Positions 35,617 to 44,683 of a stretch of 64,000 nucleotides of DNA are shown here, piece by piece. The notes under the pieces are model-generated. The model searched no databases and was not told the origin of the DNA. It worked only from the letters and a program-made list of their open reading frames with translations. Origin of the DNA: Geobacterales bacterium (GTDB taxonomy: Bacteria; Desulfobacterota; Desulfuromonadia; Geobacterales; Pseudopelobacteraceae); assembly GCA_038318485.1 (NCBI GenBank), contig JBBQCH010000001.1:3434-67433 (forward strand). The letters are read 5' to 3'. Numbering within the stretch: position 1 is the first letter of the stretch; every line of letters starts with the position of its first letter. A program made the translations under genes and the position numbers.

Positions 35617-35840
35617 CCCTGTTTGCCACCATCAATTCTGTCCCGGTCTCGGCAATGGATTATTAATGGCAGACCATACATTTTTTTTTATATTTAAGCA
35701 ATCTCTGCATTATATCTCCAACCTTTGCTAATAATCCGCAAGATGATATTATTAAACAATTCAGCGGTAGTTGGCGGCAGTTAAAAACCTTTATGATTGC
35801 CACCATAAATGCAGCAGAGGGCCTGAACGGGGACGGTACA

Positions 35841-36530
35841 ATGGAAACTATCAATCGAAAATTATTCACTGAACAGATGTTACGAAAAATTCCATTTTTT
35901 GCAGACCTGACAGAGTTGGAACTGCTGGACGTGGAAGCTCATATCACAATGAAACGGATTGGCAAAAATGAGGTGGTACTTTTTGAGGAAGATACGGTTA
36001 ACTTCATATATTTTGTCTACTCAGGCAAAGTCAGGGTCGTACAGACCAGTGAGCAGGGACGGGAACGAATCCTGAAGATTCACAAGAAAAACGAATATTT
36101 TGGTGAAATGGCCATCCTCGACGGCAAGACCTCTCCGGCCACGGTCATTGCCATGGAAGACTCGGAAATCGGCCTTCTGGGAAGAGACGACTTCAATCGA
36201 ATACGGGCTAATAATGACAGAATCTGCCAGCAGACCATAGCTGTTCTTTGCAGAAGACTGCGCGAAGCGTGGATGACGATCAGGACCATGAGTTTTGCCA
36301 CAGCTGAAGAGAAGATCATGGCGGCATTGGATCAACTAAAGAGGGCAAATGGTGTGCGGGATCAGCGGGGAGTAATCATCACCATGAGACTGACGCATAG
36401 CCAGATTGCCAGCTATGCGTCAGTCTCCAGGGAAACGGTGACAAGAACTTTGAATAAACTTGTAAAAGAGGGTTCAATCGAAATTCTGGACAATAAATCC
36501 ATACTTGTTAAAAAGGATTTTACAATTTAG
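35841..36530 (+). CDS. Crp/Fnr-family transcriptional regulator
   Basis: The cNMP-binding domain (FFADLTELELLDV...YFGEMAILDGKTSPATV) is followed by a C-terminal HTH (THSQIASYASVSRETVTRTLNKL). Confidence 0.8.
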   Translation: METINRKLFTEQMLRKIPFFADLTELELLDVEAHITMKRIGKNEVVLFEEDTVNFIYFVYSGKVRVVQTSEQGRERILKIHKKNEYFGEMAILDGKTSPATVIAMEDSEIGLLGRDDFNRIRANNDRICQQTIAVLCRRLREAWMTIRTMSFATAEEKIMAALDQLKRANGVRDQRGVIITMRLTHSQIASYASVSRETVTRTLNKLVKEGSIEILDNKSILVKKDFTI

Positions 36531-36587
36531 CTTGAACTGCCGGATTCACGTCCTATTTCCGTAATTCAATGAAGAATTGCTGCTTAT

Positions 36588-36895
36588 TTATGTTAACAGA
36601 ACTCTTACTTCATTGCTGGCAGCATCATATTCCTTTACTCAAATCTTGGCACTCAAGGATGTATTCCAGATTTCTGACAATTCACTTGCATTGAACGTGG
36701 AAAGCAGCCCGTCATCATAATAAACCTCCGACTTAACGACAGCGGGATTATCCGTGGCTGATGCTGTTATTATCAGAGGGGTAGTCATTACCATTAAGTT
36801 TTCCGTCAAAACTGGCTTGGCCAGAGGTGCGACGAAACCTTTAACTGTCACCTGTGCACTGGATGACAAAGACTTGTTTCCCGCGGAATCATAGG
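36588..36895 (-). pseudogene. out-of-frame continuation of the beta-helix/Ig-repeat gene (completes repeat 4 and adds repeat 5)
   Basis: After the TAG at 36896-36898 the next frame reads AYDSAGNKSLSSSAQVTVKG...IITASATDNPAVVKSEVYYDDGLL...WNTSLSAKI. A TGA at 36639-36641 is then followed in frame by VKEYDAASNEVRVLLT. This matches the upstream Ig-like repeat pattern. Confidence 0.6.
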
Positions 36896-39847
36896 CTAGG
36901 CGGCAAGGGTGTTGACGCCCAGCGAATAGGAAGCGGTTGGCCAGGAAAAACTGTACGGCACAGCAGTTTTTGCGGCAAAAAGTTTGCCGTTTATGTAAAG
37001 ATCCACCCTGGTAACGGCGACATTGTCAGTCGCGGACACATTAACAGTAGTTGCGGCACTGACAGCAGCACCGTTAACTGGCGAAGTAATAACAGCAGTG
37101 GGCAGAGTTTTGTAGTTATTCACTGACACTGTAATAGTAGCGGACTGTCCCAGGTTTCCGGCCGCATCATAGGCCTTCACGGTCAGGGTACAGCTCGGGT
37201 AATTCCAATATCGCTTTGTATCCAGATTATAGCTGTAGGGAGCTTTGGTGACCGTGCCCAGCAACGTCCCATTTAGATAAAACATCATCTTGACAACTTC
37301 CTCATTGTTCGAAGCAACGGCAGCAATAGTCACTGTGCCGCTCAGAACGGCATTCGGTGCGGGAGCGGTAATGGATACAGTTGGCGTGATAGAGTTCGCC
37401 ACCATGTTGTTCACCCGCACCGTATTGAAAACCTGTGACTGGTTTCCTGCCATGTCAAAGGCTTTGGCCATCAGGACATGGGAGCCATTAGCAAGAGTCG
37501 TGGTGTCCAGACTGTAAGTGTAAGGGGCAGTGTTGAGCACGGCCAGCATGATTCCATCCTGATAGAACTCCACCCGCTTGACTCCGCCAGTGTCGGCTGC
37601 AGTTGCAACAACCGTGATCTTTCCAGCCACAGTGGAGTTGTTGGCAGGCGCGGTCAGTGAGACCGTCGGAGGGGTGGTGTCCGGCAGCGGATTGTTCACC
37701 TTGATTGTGATCAGAGCTGACTCCCCCACGTTGCCGACCGCATCATAGGCTCTGGCAAGCAGACTGTAGCTGCCGTTGGTGACTAAAGCGGAATTCCAGC
37801 TAAAACTGTAGGGACCCGGTGCCGGATCAGTGGCCTGCAGCACACCATTGACATATAATTCCACTTTTGTAACAGCCACGTTATCATTTGCAGTGACGCT
37901 GACGTTCACCAGACCGCTAAGGGTGGAGGCATTGACGGGAGAACTGATGGCAACGTTCGGAGCAGCCGTATCCATGGCCGGCGGCACGAAGGCGCCGGCC
38001 GATGTGGTGATTGTAACGGACCCATAGGAACTGTCACCCAGAGTATAGATCCCGGTGCTGGTGAGGGCATCCCATGCGGTGGCACTGCTGTCCGGATTTG
38101 ATTTGAACAGGGTTTGGCCGTTAGCCGGATTATGCAGTTCGACCACATGGGGGCGAAAAGCCGCTGTAATCGGTGTAGCGCTCTGGGTCAGTCCGCTATT
38201 GTTTTTGAGCTCATAGTCATACACCATGAATTGCGCCGTACCATCAGCACCGGTAGTCGCCTGGGTCTGCAGTACATTGTTTCCACTGTAGATATTAATG
38301 CCGGTATTAGGCAACAGAGTGCCAGAAGCGTCACGCCCCACCCCTTTCATCAGCCGGCCAAAGATGACGGACTTGTTCTTGTTTGGGTACTGAAAGTTCA
38401 TTCCCAGTTTATTCTCAGCCGCTCCTCCCTGATACGCATTGGAGATGAAACGTCCGGTGCCTTCCCAATAACCGTTAAGCCCGGCGCCGATGGTGGCATA
38501 GGCGGGGTAGTTGTCAACCTTAATAAAAGTGTTCTTGATGAAGAGCGGATAACCGGCACAGTCACCGTATTCATCGCTGAGCGCCACATTCAGAATATTG
38601 CTGGTAACGGTGTTGCCTTCAAAGCTCATGTTACCCACGTTGCCGCCGGTACAGGCAATGCCGAAGGCTTGGCCCTTGCCATCCTTGTCCAGTACTGTAA
38701 TTGTATTATTATTGAATTTGGAACTTTCTCCAGCGTTAACAGCCACCATCAGACCGCGGCCCTTGCCGTTAACCAGCACTTTTTGAGCGGTCGGTGAATA
38801 GCTTCCCTGATAGGTCGCATCGGTGTGGATCATAATCGTGTTGTTGTGGAAATTGATATTATTGCCGCCCCAGGTGGTGCGAAACCCGACCGCGTAATTG
38901 CCGCAGGGGGTGGCAGTGTTAAAGCAGGCCGCACTACCTCCATACTCATCGCCGATCCTGGTTGTCTGAGCATCAATCTTGTTATTATAAATTTCAATAT
39001 TATTGGTGCCAGCTGACACAAAGCCTATCCCGATTGGATGTTCGCCTCTAGCTGTAATCTGATTGTCATACACTTTGACATTTTGTGCCTTATATCCAAA
39101 TATCCCATAGGAATTGGTGGCCAAGCTGTTAATGGTTATGTTGTTTCCATACACCAGATCCTGATCGAATGCCGTAATTCCTCGCTGCCTCGCGTTTATG
39201 ATGGTATTGTTCCTGATAACGTTACACGTTGAACCGACACCAGTCGCACAGACTATGGAATCCACTCCCTGCATCCTGTTCTTGAGCGTGCCGTTTGTCC
39301 AGCCATCCTCAAGTATGTTATCCTCAATGATGCTCACATAGGCCAGTAACTTGAATCCGCCGACATCCCTTCCTCCATATCTTGCATGTATGCCGGCAAT
39401 CTGAAGCCTTGTCACACCTTTGGTTTTTACTGGATTATTTCCGGCACCATAAACATCCCCTTCTGACAATGCGGCGCCCTGTATAATCGAGCCGTTGGTT
39501 ATGGCAATATCGGATAGATTATATGTATCAACCGTTACACCCTCCCCAGGAGTGGTCTGATTATAAGTGATAGTGTTGCCATTGAGGTTTAAAACCACTT
39601 TTGATGCTCGAATAGCAATGGCTGTGCCATTCGCAGAAATATCCCGGTCCAGTATATATTCGGTGTTGGGAGTAGTGATGATGTAGGGAGTTGTGTAATT
39701 GCCACCGGCAATGTGCACCGTGTTGGTTACATACTGGCGGGAGAGGATGGTGGCGACTGATGCACCTGCGGCGGGGAATACCGGTAAGAAAAGAATAACT
39801 GCGGTGATAATTCCAGTAAACCTGGTAAAAAACGATCTGCTGATCAT
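36896..39847 (-). CDS. secreted right-handed beta-helix protein with C-terminal tandem Ig-like repeats
   Basis: AAGGAGG lies 6 nt upstream of the ATG at 39847. The signal peptide is MISRSFFTRFTGIITAVILFLPVFPAAGA. The N-terminal roughly 600 aa has repetitive N/G/T-rich PbH1-like turns and is a paralog of 42818-44683. Repeats of about 95 aa follow, each containing (V/A)TA.D..GV.KVEFY..G and AYDaaGN. Confidence 0.8.
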   Translation of the reverse strand: MISRSFFTRFTGIITAVILFLPVFPAAGASVATILSRQYVTNTVHIAGGNYTTPYIITTPNTEYILDRDISANGTAIAIRASKVVLNLNGNTITYNQTTPGEGVTVDTYNLSDIAITNGSIIQGAALSEGDVYGAGNNPVKTKGVTRLQIAGIHARYGGRDVGGFKLLAYVSIIEDNILEDGWTNGTLKNRMQGVDSIVCATGVGSTCNVIRNNTIINARQRGITAFDQDLVYGNNITINSLATNSYGIFGYKAQNVKVYDNQITARGEHPIGIGFVSAGTNNIEIYNNKIDAQTTRIGDEYGGSAACFNTATPCGNYAVGFRTTWGGNNINFHNNTIMIHTDATYQGSYSPTAQKVLVNGKGRGLMVAVNAGESSKFNNNTITVLDKDGKGQAFGIACTGGNVGNMSFEGNTVTSNILNVALSDEYGDCAGYPLFIKNTFIKVDNYPAYATIGAGLNGYWEGTGRFISNAYQGGAAENKLGMNFQYPNKNKSVIFGRLMKGVGRDASGTLLPNTGINIYSGNNVLQTQATTGADGTAQFMVYDYELKNNSGLTQSATPITAAFRPHVVELHNPANGQTLFKSNPDSSATAWDALTSTGIYTLGDSSYGSVTITTSAGAFVPPAMDTAAPNVAISSPVNASTLSGLVNVSVTANDNVAVTKVELYVNGVLQATDPAPGPYSFSWNSALVTNGSYSLLARAYDAVGNVGESALITIKVNNPLPDTTPPTVSLTAPANNSTVAGKITVVATAADTGGVKRVEFYQDGIMLAVLNTAPYTYSLDTTTLANGSHVLMAKAFDMAGNQSQVFNTVRVNNMVANSITPTVSITAPAPNAVLSGTVTIAAVASNNEEVVKMMFYLNGTLLGTVTKAPYSYNLDTKRYWNYPSCTLTVKAYDAAGNLGQSATITVSVNNYKTLPTAVITSPVNGAAVSAATTVNVSATDNVAVTRVDLYINGKLFAAKTAVPYSFSWPTASYSLGVNTLAA

Positions 39848-40039
39848 GCTAAACCTCCTTGGTTTTGTTGCTCCTAGAAAAACAGGACACCGTGGAGGTG
39901 AGGCGGTTCTTCGGTAACCCAGCCATCCTGTCGTCACAGGACCTGTAGCTTTGTGCCCCCCGGTTGCCCGAGGTTTACCCTTTTCGGAAGCAGTTATATA
40001 TGCGTGGTACCTGTTAAATCAGAAAATTGTGTTTCAACT

Positions 40040-40168
40040 CTAACAAAAAAAGCCGGATCGTCAATACATCAGGGGTTGTTATCCTTGATATTTCGGCGAC
40101 CCGGCTGTCTCTGTAAGACCCTTGGGCTTTCCGTCCCATCCTCACGGATGGTTTAGTATTATCGTATA
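40040..40168 (-). promoter_or_regulatory. GEMM-I-type cyclic-dinucleotide riboswitch with intrinsic terminator (copy B)
   Basis: The reverse complement matches copy A at about 68 of 75 aptamer positions. Differences fall in the GNRA loop (GUGA versus GUAA), one stem pair (C-G versus U-G) and loops. The terminator is GCCGGGUCG/CGAUCCGGC followed by U7. Confidence 0.8.
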
Positions 40169-40184
40169 TCGTTGTTTAATCGAG

Positions 40185-40225
40185 TTTATATAATCGGCGA
40201 TTTAAAAAATTAATCATGTGATTAA
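40185..40225 (-). promoter_or_regulatory. candidate promoter with palindromic operator (TTAATCAcaTGATTAA; TATATAAA)
   Basis: The minus strand reads TTAATCACATGATTAA-N19-TATATAAA. This is colinear with the module upstream of riboswitch copy A. Confidence 0.4.
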
Positions 40226-40322
40226 AAACACAATAATTAGGGTTAAATGTGCCTACCGACAACCAGTGTCAGATGTCTTTGGGATATTTCTGCAACACCT
40301 GGCCACCGCACTGACTACTGAA

Positions 40323-41699
40323 TTACGAAAACGGATTCGGCAACTTTGAAATACAAAAACGATACTTACCCGAAGATTCCGACTGAATCGAATCCACATA
40401 TTCAATCGAAAAGCGCATCGCGCTGCCGAAGCGTTCATGGGCCAACCGGCCGATGTCGGCCACTGTGCCCTCCGAAAACGACTCACCCTTCACAACGCGA
40501 AAGATCAGGTAATCAACCTGTTCCTGTACCAGTTGCATCTGTTTGATTCCCGGCAGGTGCATGGCAAAGTTCTCGGTCAGCGAGATGCCAGAGATATAAC
40601 TGCCATCCGGGGTAACCACATAATCAGCCACTCGTCCCTCCAGCGAATCCATGATCGGATAGCTGCAGCCGCAGGGACAGGAGGTCTTAGTCGATGGAAC
40701 CCCAACATCACCCACCTTGTAGCGAATAAAGGGCATGCCGAAATTGGTCAGATCCGTCACCACAATCGCACCCGGTTCACCCGGAAGCACCGGTTGCCCG
40801 TCGCGGATGAACTCCACAATCAGCGAATCACAGTTAAGGTGCATGTTCCCTTCCGGGCATTCACAGGCGATCAGACTGACTTCTTCGCAGCCATAACGGT
40901 TGGTCACATGGCAGCCAAAGATTTTTTCGATGGTTTTTCGTTCAAAATCGTGCAGCACCATGCAGGTACTGATGATGCCGCGGGGGCGGATGCCTTCCAA
41001 CCCGTTCTTTTCCAGAAAGCGGGCAAAGAGGTACAGGGAATGGGCATGGCCGAAAAGGATGACCGGAGGCTTTGTTTTTAATTCATGGTAGAAAGTCAGC
41101 ATCGACTTTTCGTCCATCTTGAGAGTATCAAGGTATGTATATCGCTCCAGCAAGTTATTGCGAAGCCTGGTCCGCCAGTTGATATTGTGCTGTGGATTGC
41201 CCCAGATTGCTCCCACCCGTTCGCCGATATTCCAGCCAGCCCAGCGGTCATAGGACATGGTCACGGCCCGTTTCCATTGGGCGCTGGCCTCGTCGACAAC
41301 CAGTTCCACCGAAACCCCGGTCGAACCAGAAGTCTTCTTGGCGACAAGCTGATCTTTGGGGATATTCCGGGCGATCATAGCGGCCTTATTGGCGCGGATA
41401 TCGTCCTTGGTCAGTAGTGGCATACGCTGGAAATCTTCCCAGGAGTTGATATCAGTTAGTATAAGGCCACCCTGTCGAAAACGTTCAGTATAAAAAGCCG
41501 AATTGGCTGCAGCATGAGCAAGCAGGCGCTTCAATCGCTGCCACTGATAGTCCTGCACCTGTGCCAGTAGACGCTTTTTCGACCCATCCAGTGATTTCAG
41601 ATGGCGCAGGTAGGGGGTGCCCTCTTTCATGGCCCAGAGCGGGGCAACCAGACGGCGGGCGATAGCGGAATAATAATCAGCTTGATTTGTAGTAGTCAT
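40323..41699 (-). CDS. adenylate-forming enzyme, phenylacetate-CoA ligase / CapK / F390-synthetase-like family
   Basis: 458 aa containing KKTSGSTGVSVEL (AMP-binding P-loop-like) and the overall PaaK-like pattern. The start at 41699 lies 3 nt after the upstream stop. Confidence 0.65.
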   Translation of the reverse strand: MTTTNQADYYSAIARRLVAPLWAMKEGTPYLRHLKSLDGSKKRLLAQVQDYQWQRLKRLLAHAAANSAFYTERFRQGGLILTDINSWEDFQRMPLLTKDDIRANKAAMIARNIPKDQLVAKKTSGSTGVSVELVVDEASAQWKRAVTMSYDRWAGWNIGERVGAIWGNPQHNINWRTRLRNNLLERYTYLDTLKMDEKSMLTFYHELKTKPPVILFGHAHSLYLFARFLEKNGLEGIRPRGIISTCMVLHDFERKTIEKIFGCHVTNRYGCEEVSLIACECPEGNMHLNCDSLIVEFIRDGQPVLPGEPGAIVVTDLTNFGMPFIRYKVGDVGVPSTKTSCPCGCSYPIMDSLEGRVADYVVTPDGSYISGISLTENFAMHLPGIKQMQLVQEQVDYLIFRVVKGESFSEGTVADIGRLAHERFGSAMRFSIEYVDSIQSESSGKYRFCISKLPNPFS

Positions 41700-41701
41700 A
41701 T

Positions 41702-42715
41702 TTAGCACGTTATATTGTAATATTCTTTGAACCAAGCGACAAATCGCTCTATTCCATCTTCAATATTGGTTGCAGGTTTAAATCCGGCATCACGCATCAA
41801 GTCATCCACATTTGCATACGTCACCGTCACATCACCCGGTTGCATGGGCAGCAGTTTTTTCAGAGCTTTCCTGCCAAGCTTATCTTCAAGAATACTAATA
41901 AAAGTGTCCAACTCAACAGGATTGTTGTTGCCAATATTGTAAATGCGATAAGGTGAAGAGCTCGTTGCCGGATCAAGACTTTCACTGTCACATGTTTGGT
42001 TCGCCATCGGTGGACGATCTATGATTCGGACAATACCTTCAATAATATCGTCAATATATGTGAAATCCCGTTGCATGTGGCCATGATTATAAATATTAAT
42101 AGGACTTCCTTCAAGTATTGCTTTGGTAAAAGAAAAATAGGCCATATCCGGACGCCCCCAAGGGCCGTACACTGTAAAAAAACGTAAACCCGTAACGGGA
42201 AGGTCATAGAGATGGGAATAGGTATGAGCCATCAGTTCATTTGACTTTTTGGTAGCGGCATACAGTGAAACCGGATGATCAGTATTGTCATGCTCTGAAA
42301 AGGGGATTCTCGTGTTGGCGCCATACACTGAACTGGACGATGCAAAAACCAGGTGTTTAATAGCGTTCTTACGGCAACCTTCCAGAATATTCAAAAAACC
42401 GACAATATTACTGTCAATATAGGCATGAGGGTTCTGTAATGAATACCTGACTCCAGCCTGAGCGGCCAGATTGACCACAGCTTCAAAAGTTTCCGATTCA
42501 AACAGCGAGTTAATTGATTCACGGTCTTCAAGTGAGTATTTGATGAATTTGAAACCAGGATGTCCTTCAAACTGTTTAAGTCGATCATATTTAAGGCTAA
42601 CATCATAGTAGTTATTAATATTATCAAGTCCGCAAACCTCATCTCCACGCTCAAGAAGTCGCTTGCAAAGGTGCGATCCAATAAATCCGGCAGCGCCTGT
42701 AACTAGTAATTTCAT
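41702..42715 (-). CDS. UDP-glucuronate 4-epimerase-like SDR (CapI/LpsL-like)
   Basis: Contains MKLLVTGAAGFIGSHLCKRLL...YYDVSLKYDRL...SSSSVYG...YAATK. Confidence 0.8.
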   Translation of the reverse strand: MKLLVTGAAGFIGSHLCKRLLERGDEVCGLDNINNYYDVSLKYDRLKQFEGHPGFKFIKYSLEDRESINSLFESETFEAVVNLAAQAGVRYSLQNPHAYIDSNIVGFLNILEGCRKNAIKHLVFASSSSVYGANTRIPFSEHDNTDHPVSLYAATKKSNELMAHTYSHLYDLPVTGLRFFTVYGPWGRPDMAYFSFTKAILEGSPINIYNHGHMQRDFTYIDDIIEGIVRIIDRPPMANQTCDSESLDPATSSSPYRIYNIGNNNPVELDTFISILEDKLGRKALKKLLPMQPGDVTVTYANVDDLMRDAGFKPATNIEDGIERFVAWFKEYYNITC

Positions 42716-42817
42716 ATCGAGTTCCTATTCTCAGTTTTAACCTGTTGCACTACTATCAGTTTTATAGCCACCACATGAAAAGTCCGTCTGGTTTTGTACA
42801 ACTCAGTTACCGGGACA

Positions 42818-44683
42818 TTAATAGGAGAGTGTCAACTTTTTTTCCACAGCAAGAACACCGCCCAAATAGAGTCCTGGTGAATAGGTTCCTATACTGGTAA
42901 ATGTATCCCATGCGGAGGCGGTATTGTCAGGTCGTGTAGAAAATGTATCCGTTCCAATAACAGCCTGTATAGTATGCGGACCTAGTTTGCGGGTCAGAGG
43001 TTTAGTGCTGGTGTTGTTGCCGTCATACAGCTCGTAGTCATAGACGATCAGATTTACCCTACCACCGGCATCTGTTGTCGACGAAGAATCAAAAGGTGCA
43101 CCGCCATTTAGCAGAGTAATAGCTGCCCCTTCAATGCGTTTAGCAGTTGTAGTCTCCGATAGGATGCCAGAAATCTCTCTGCCGAAATAGACCGACTGGC
43201 GCCCCTTTCCGGCAGCATTGATATTAATATTTTTCTGCGAAGCCCCGCCTTTATAGATATTTGATACAAACCGCCCGGTACCTTCGAAATACCCTCCGAA
43301 CTCAGATGCAATAGTGCTATAGACAGTAAAGCTATCTGCTTTTATAAAGGTATTCCTGATGAACAATGGATGGTTGCTGCAGGCGCCATACTTATCACTC
43401 AGAGCGACATTCAGAATATTGCTGATGACAGTGTTTCCCTCAAAGGTCATGTCACCAGCGTTGTTGCCAGCACAGGCGATGCCGAAGGCCTCGCCCGAAC
43501 CATCCTTGTCTAGCACCGTAATCTTATTGTTATAGAATTGTGATTTTTCACCCGCATTGATCGCCACCATCAGTCCGCGCCCTTTTCCATTGACAGTTAC
43601 AGGCTTGCCGGTGGGAGAAAAGCTGCCCTGAAAGCGGGAATCGCTGCGTACAACAATCGTATTATCATGGAAGCTGATCTTGTTGCCGCCCCAGGTGGTC
43701 CTGAAGCCTACGGCATAGTTGCCGCAGGGGGTGGCGGAGTTAAAACATGCCGCACTTCCACCGTACTCTTCACCGATTCGAGTAGTCTGTACGTCGATGG
43801 AATTGTTGTAAATCTCGATATCGTTGGTGCCGGCAGAAACGAAACCGATTCCAATCGGATGCTCGCCGTTGCCGGTGATGGTATTATTGTAAACCTTCAC
43901 ATGCTGGGACTTGTATCCCATGATTCCATAGGAGTTGGTGGTCAGGCTGTTGATAGAAATGGAATTGCCATACACCGCACCATGGTTACCAATGGAAATC
44001 CCTCGTTGGCGGGCATTGATGATTTTATTATTACGGACAATATTATTAGAATCTGTGGCCTGGATTGCATCTATGCCCTGATGCCTGTTTTTCATGGTTC
44101 CCGCGGTCCAGACATCTTCCAGCGTGTTGTTCTCAATCAAACAATTGGCCACATACTGCAGCTTGAACCCGCTGACATCCCTGCCGCCATAACGAGCATG
44201 AATCCGGGCGATGTGCAAACCGCTAAAACCTTTGGACCTGATCGGATTGTTTCCCCCCCCATAAACATCACCTTCCGACATGGCCGCACCCTGGAAGATC
44301 TTGCCATTAATAATTGCGATCGTGGATTTGTTGTAGACATCTATGGTAACACCTTCACCGGGAGTGGTTTGATTATAGGTGACGGTCTTGCCGTTTAGGT
44401 TTACAACCACATTTGAGGCGCGAATGGCAATAGCGGTGCCATCGGCGGCCATATCTCCATCCAGTATATATTCAGTGTTGGGAGTACTGATGATATAGGG
44501 TTTCGGATAATGCCCGCCCGGAATAGCTACGGTTCTGGTGACATGCTTGCGCACGCTTGTTTCAGTATCAAGGCTGGTGGACGCAGCAGCAGAGTTTTCT
44601 GCATGGGCACATTCACCCCAGGCCAGAACACAACATAAGCAGGCAAAAAACCATTTCATCGACATGGAACCCCCGGTTTTCAT
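42818..44683 (-). CDS. secreted right-handed beta-helix protein (paralog of 36896-39847, without Ig repeats)
   Basis: The ATG at 44683 overlaps the upstream GT2 stop (ATGA), and alternative ATGs lie at 44665 and 44659. The signal peptide is MKWFFACLCCVLAWGECAHA. Long colinear identity runs with the other beta-helix protein, for example TPNTEYILD...GTAIAIRAS...YNQTTPGEGVT...HARYGGRDV. Confidence 0.8.
   Translation of the reverse strand: MKTGGSMSMKWFFACLCCVLAWGECAHAENSAAASTSLDTETSVRKHVTRTVAIPGGHYPKPYIISTPNTEYILDGDMAADGTAIAIRASNVVVNLNGKTVTYNQTTPGEGVTIDVYNKSTIAIINGKIFQGAAMSEGDVYGGGNNPIRSKGFSGLHIARIHARYGGRDVSGFKLQYVANCLIENNTLEDVWTAGTMKNRHQGIDAIQATDSNNIVRNNKIINARQRGISIGNHGAVYGNSISINSLTTNSYGIMGYKSQHVKVYNNTITGNGEHPIGIGFVSAGTNDIEIYNNSIDVQTTRIGEEYGGSAACFNSATPCGNYAVGFRTTWGGNKISFHDNTIVVRSDSRFQGSFSPTGKPVTVNGKGRGLMVAINAGEKSQFYNNKITVLDKDGSGEAFGIACAGNNAGDMTFEGNTVISNILNVALSDKYGACSNHPLFIRNTFIKADSFTVYSTIASEFGGYFEGTGRFVSNIYKGGASQKNININAAGKGRQSVYFGREISGILSETTTAKRIEGAAITLLNGGAPFDSSSTTDAGGRVNLIVYDYELYDGNNTSTKPLTRKLGPHTIQAVIGTDTFSTRPDNTASAWDTFTSIGTYSPGLYLGGVLAVEKKLTLSY

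Noticed and set aside
35698-35710. Sigma-54-like sequence upstream of the EEP gene (minus strand TAATGC-AGAGA-TTGCT), sharing CAGAGATTGCT with the real promoter at 25357-25372
   Set aside because: The invariant -24 GG is missing (AATGC instead of TGGCAC). At best it is a decayed copy, so I did not call it a promoter.
38114-38797. Large antisense ORFs inside confirmed genes (for example 38114-38797 +, 43667-44398 +, 62139-63254 +, 29615-30346 +, 2993-3514 +, 40437-41081 +, 63335-63877 -)
   Set aside because: These are mirror-frame ORFs typical of GC-rich coding DNA. Their sequences are low-complexity Arg/Gly/Pro-rich with no motifs, and the opposite strand carries clear family signatures.
40217-40232. 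CRP-like site TGTGA-N6-ACACA upstream of riboswitch copy B
   Set aside because: Only 9 of 10 consensus positions match, and there is no counterpart upstream of copy A. The shared AATCA-NN-TGATT palindrome is the better-supported candidate. I kept this only as an alternative reading.
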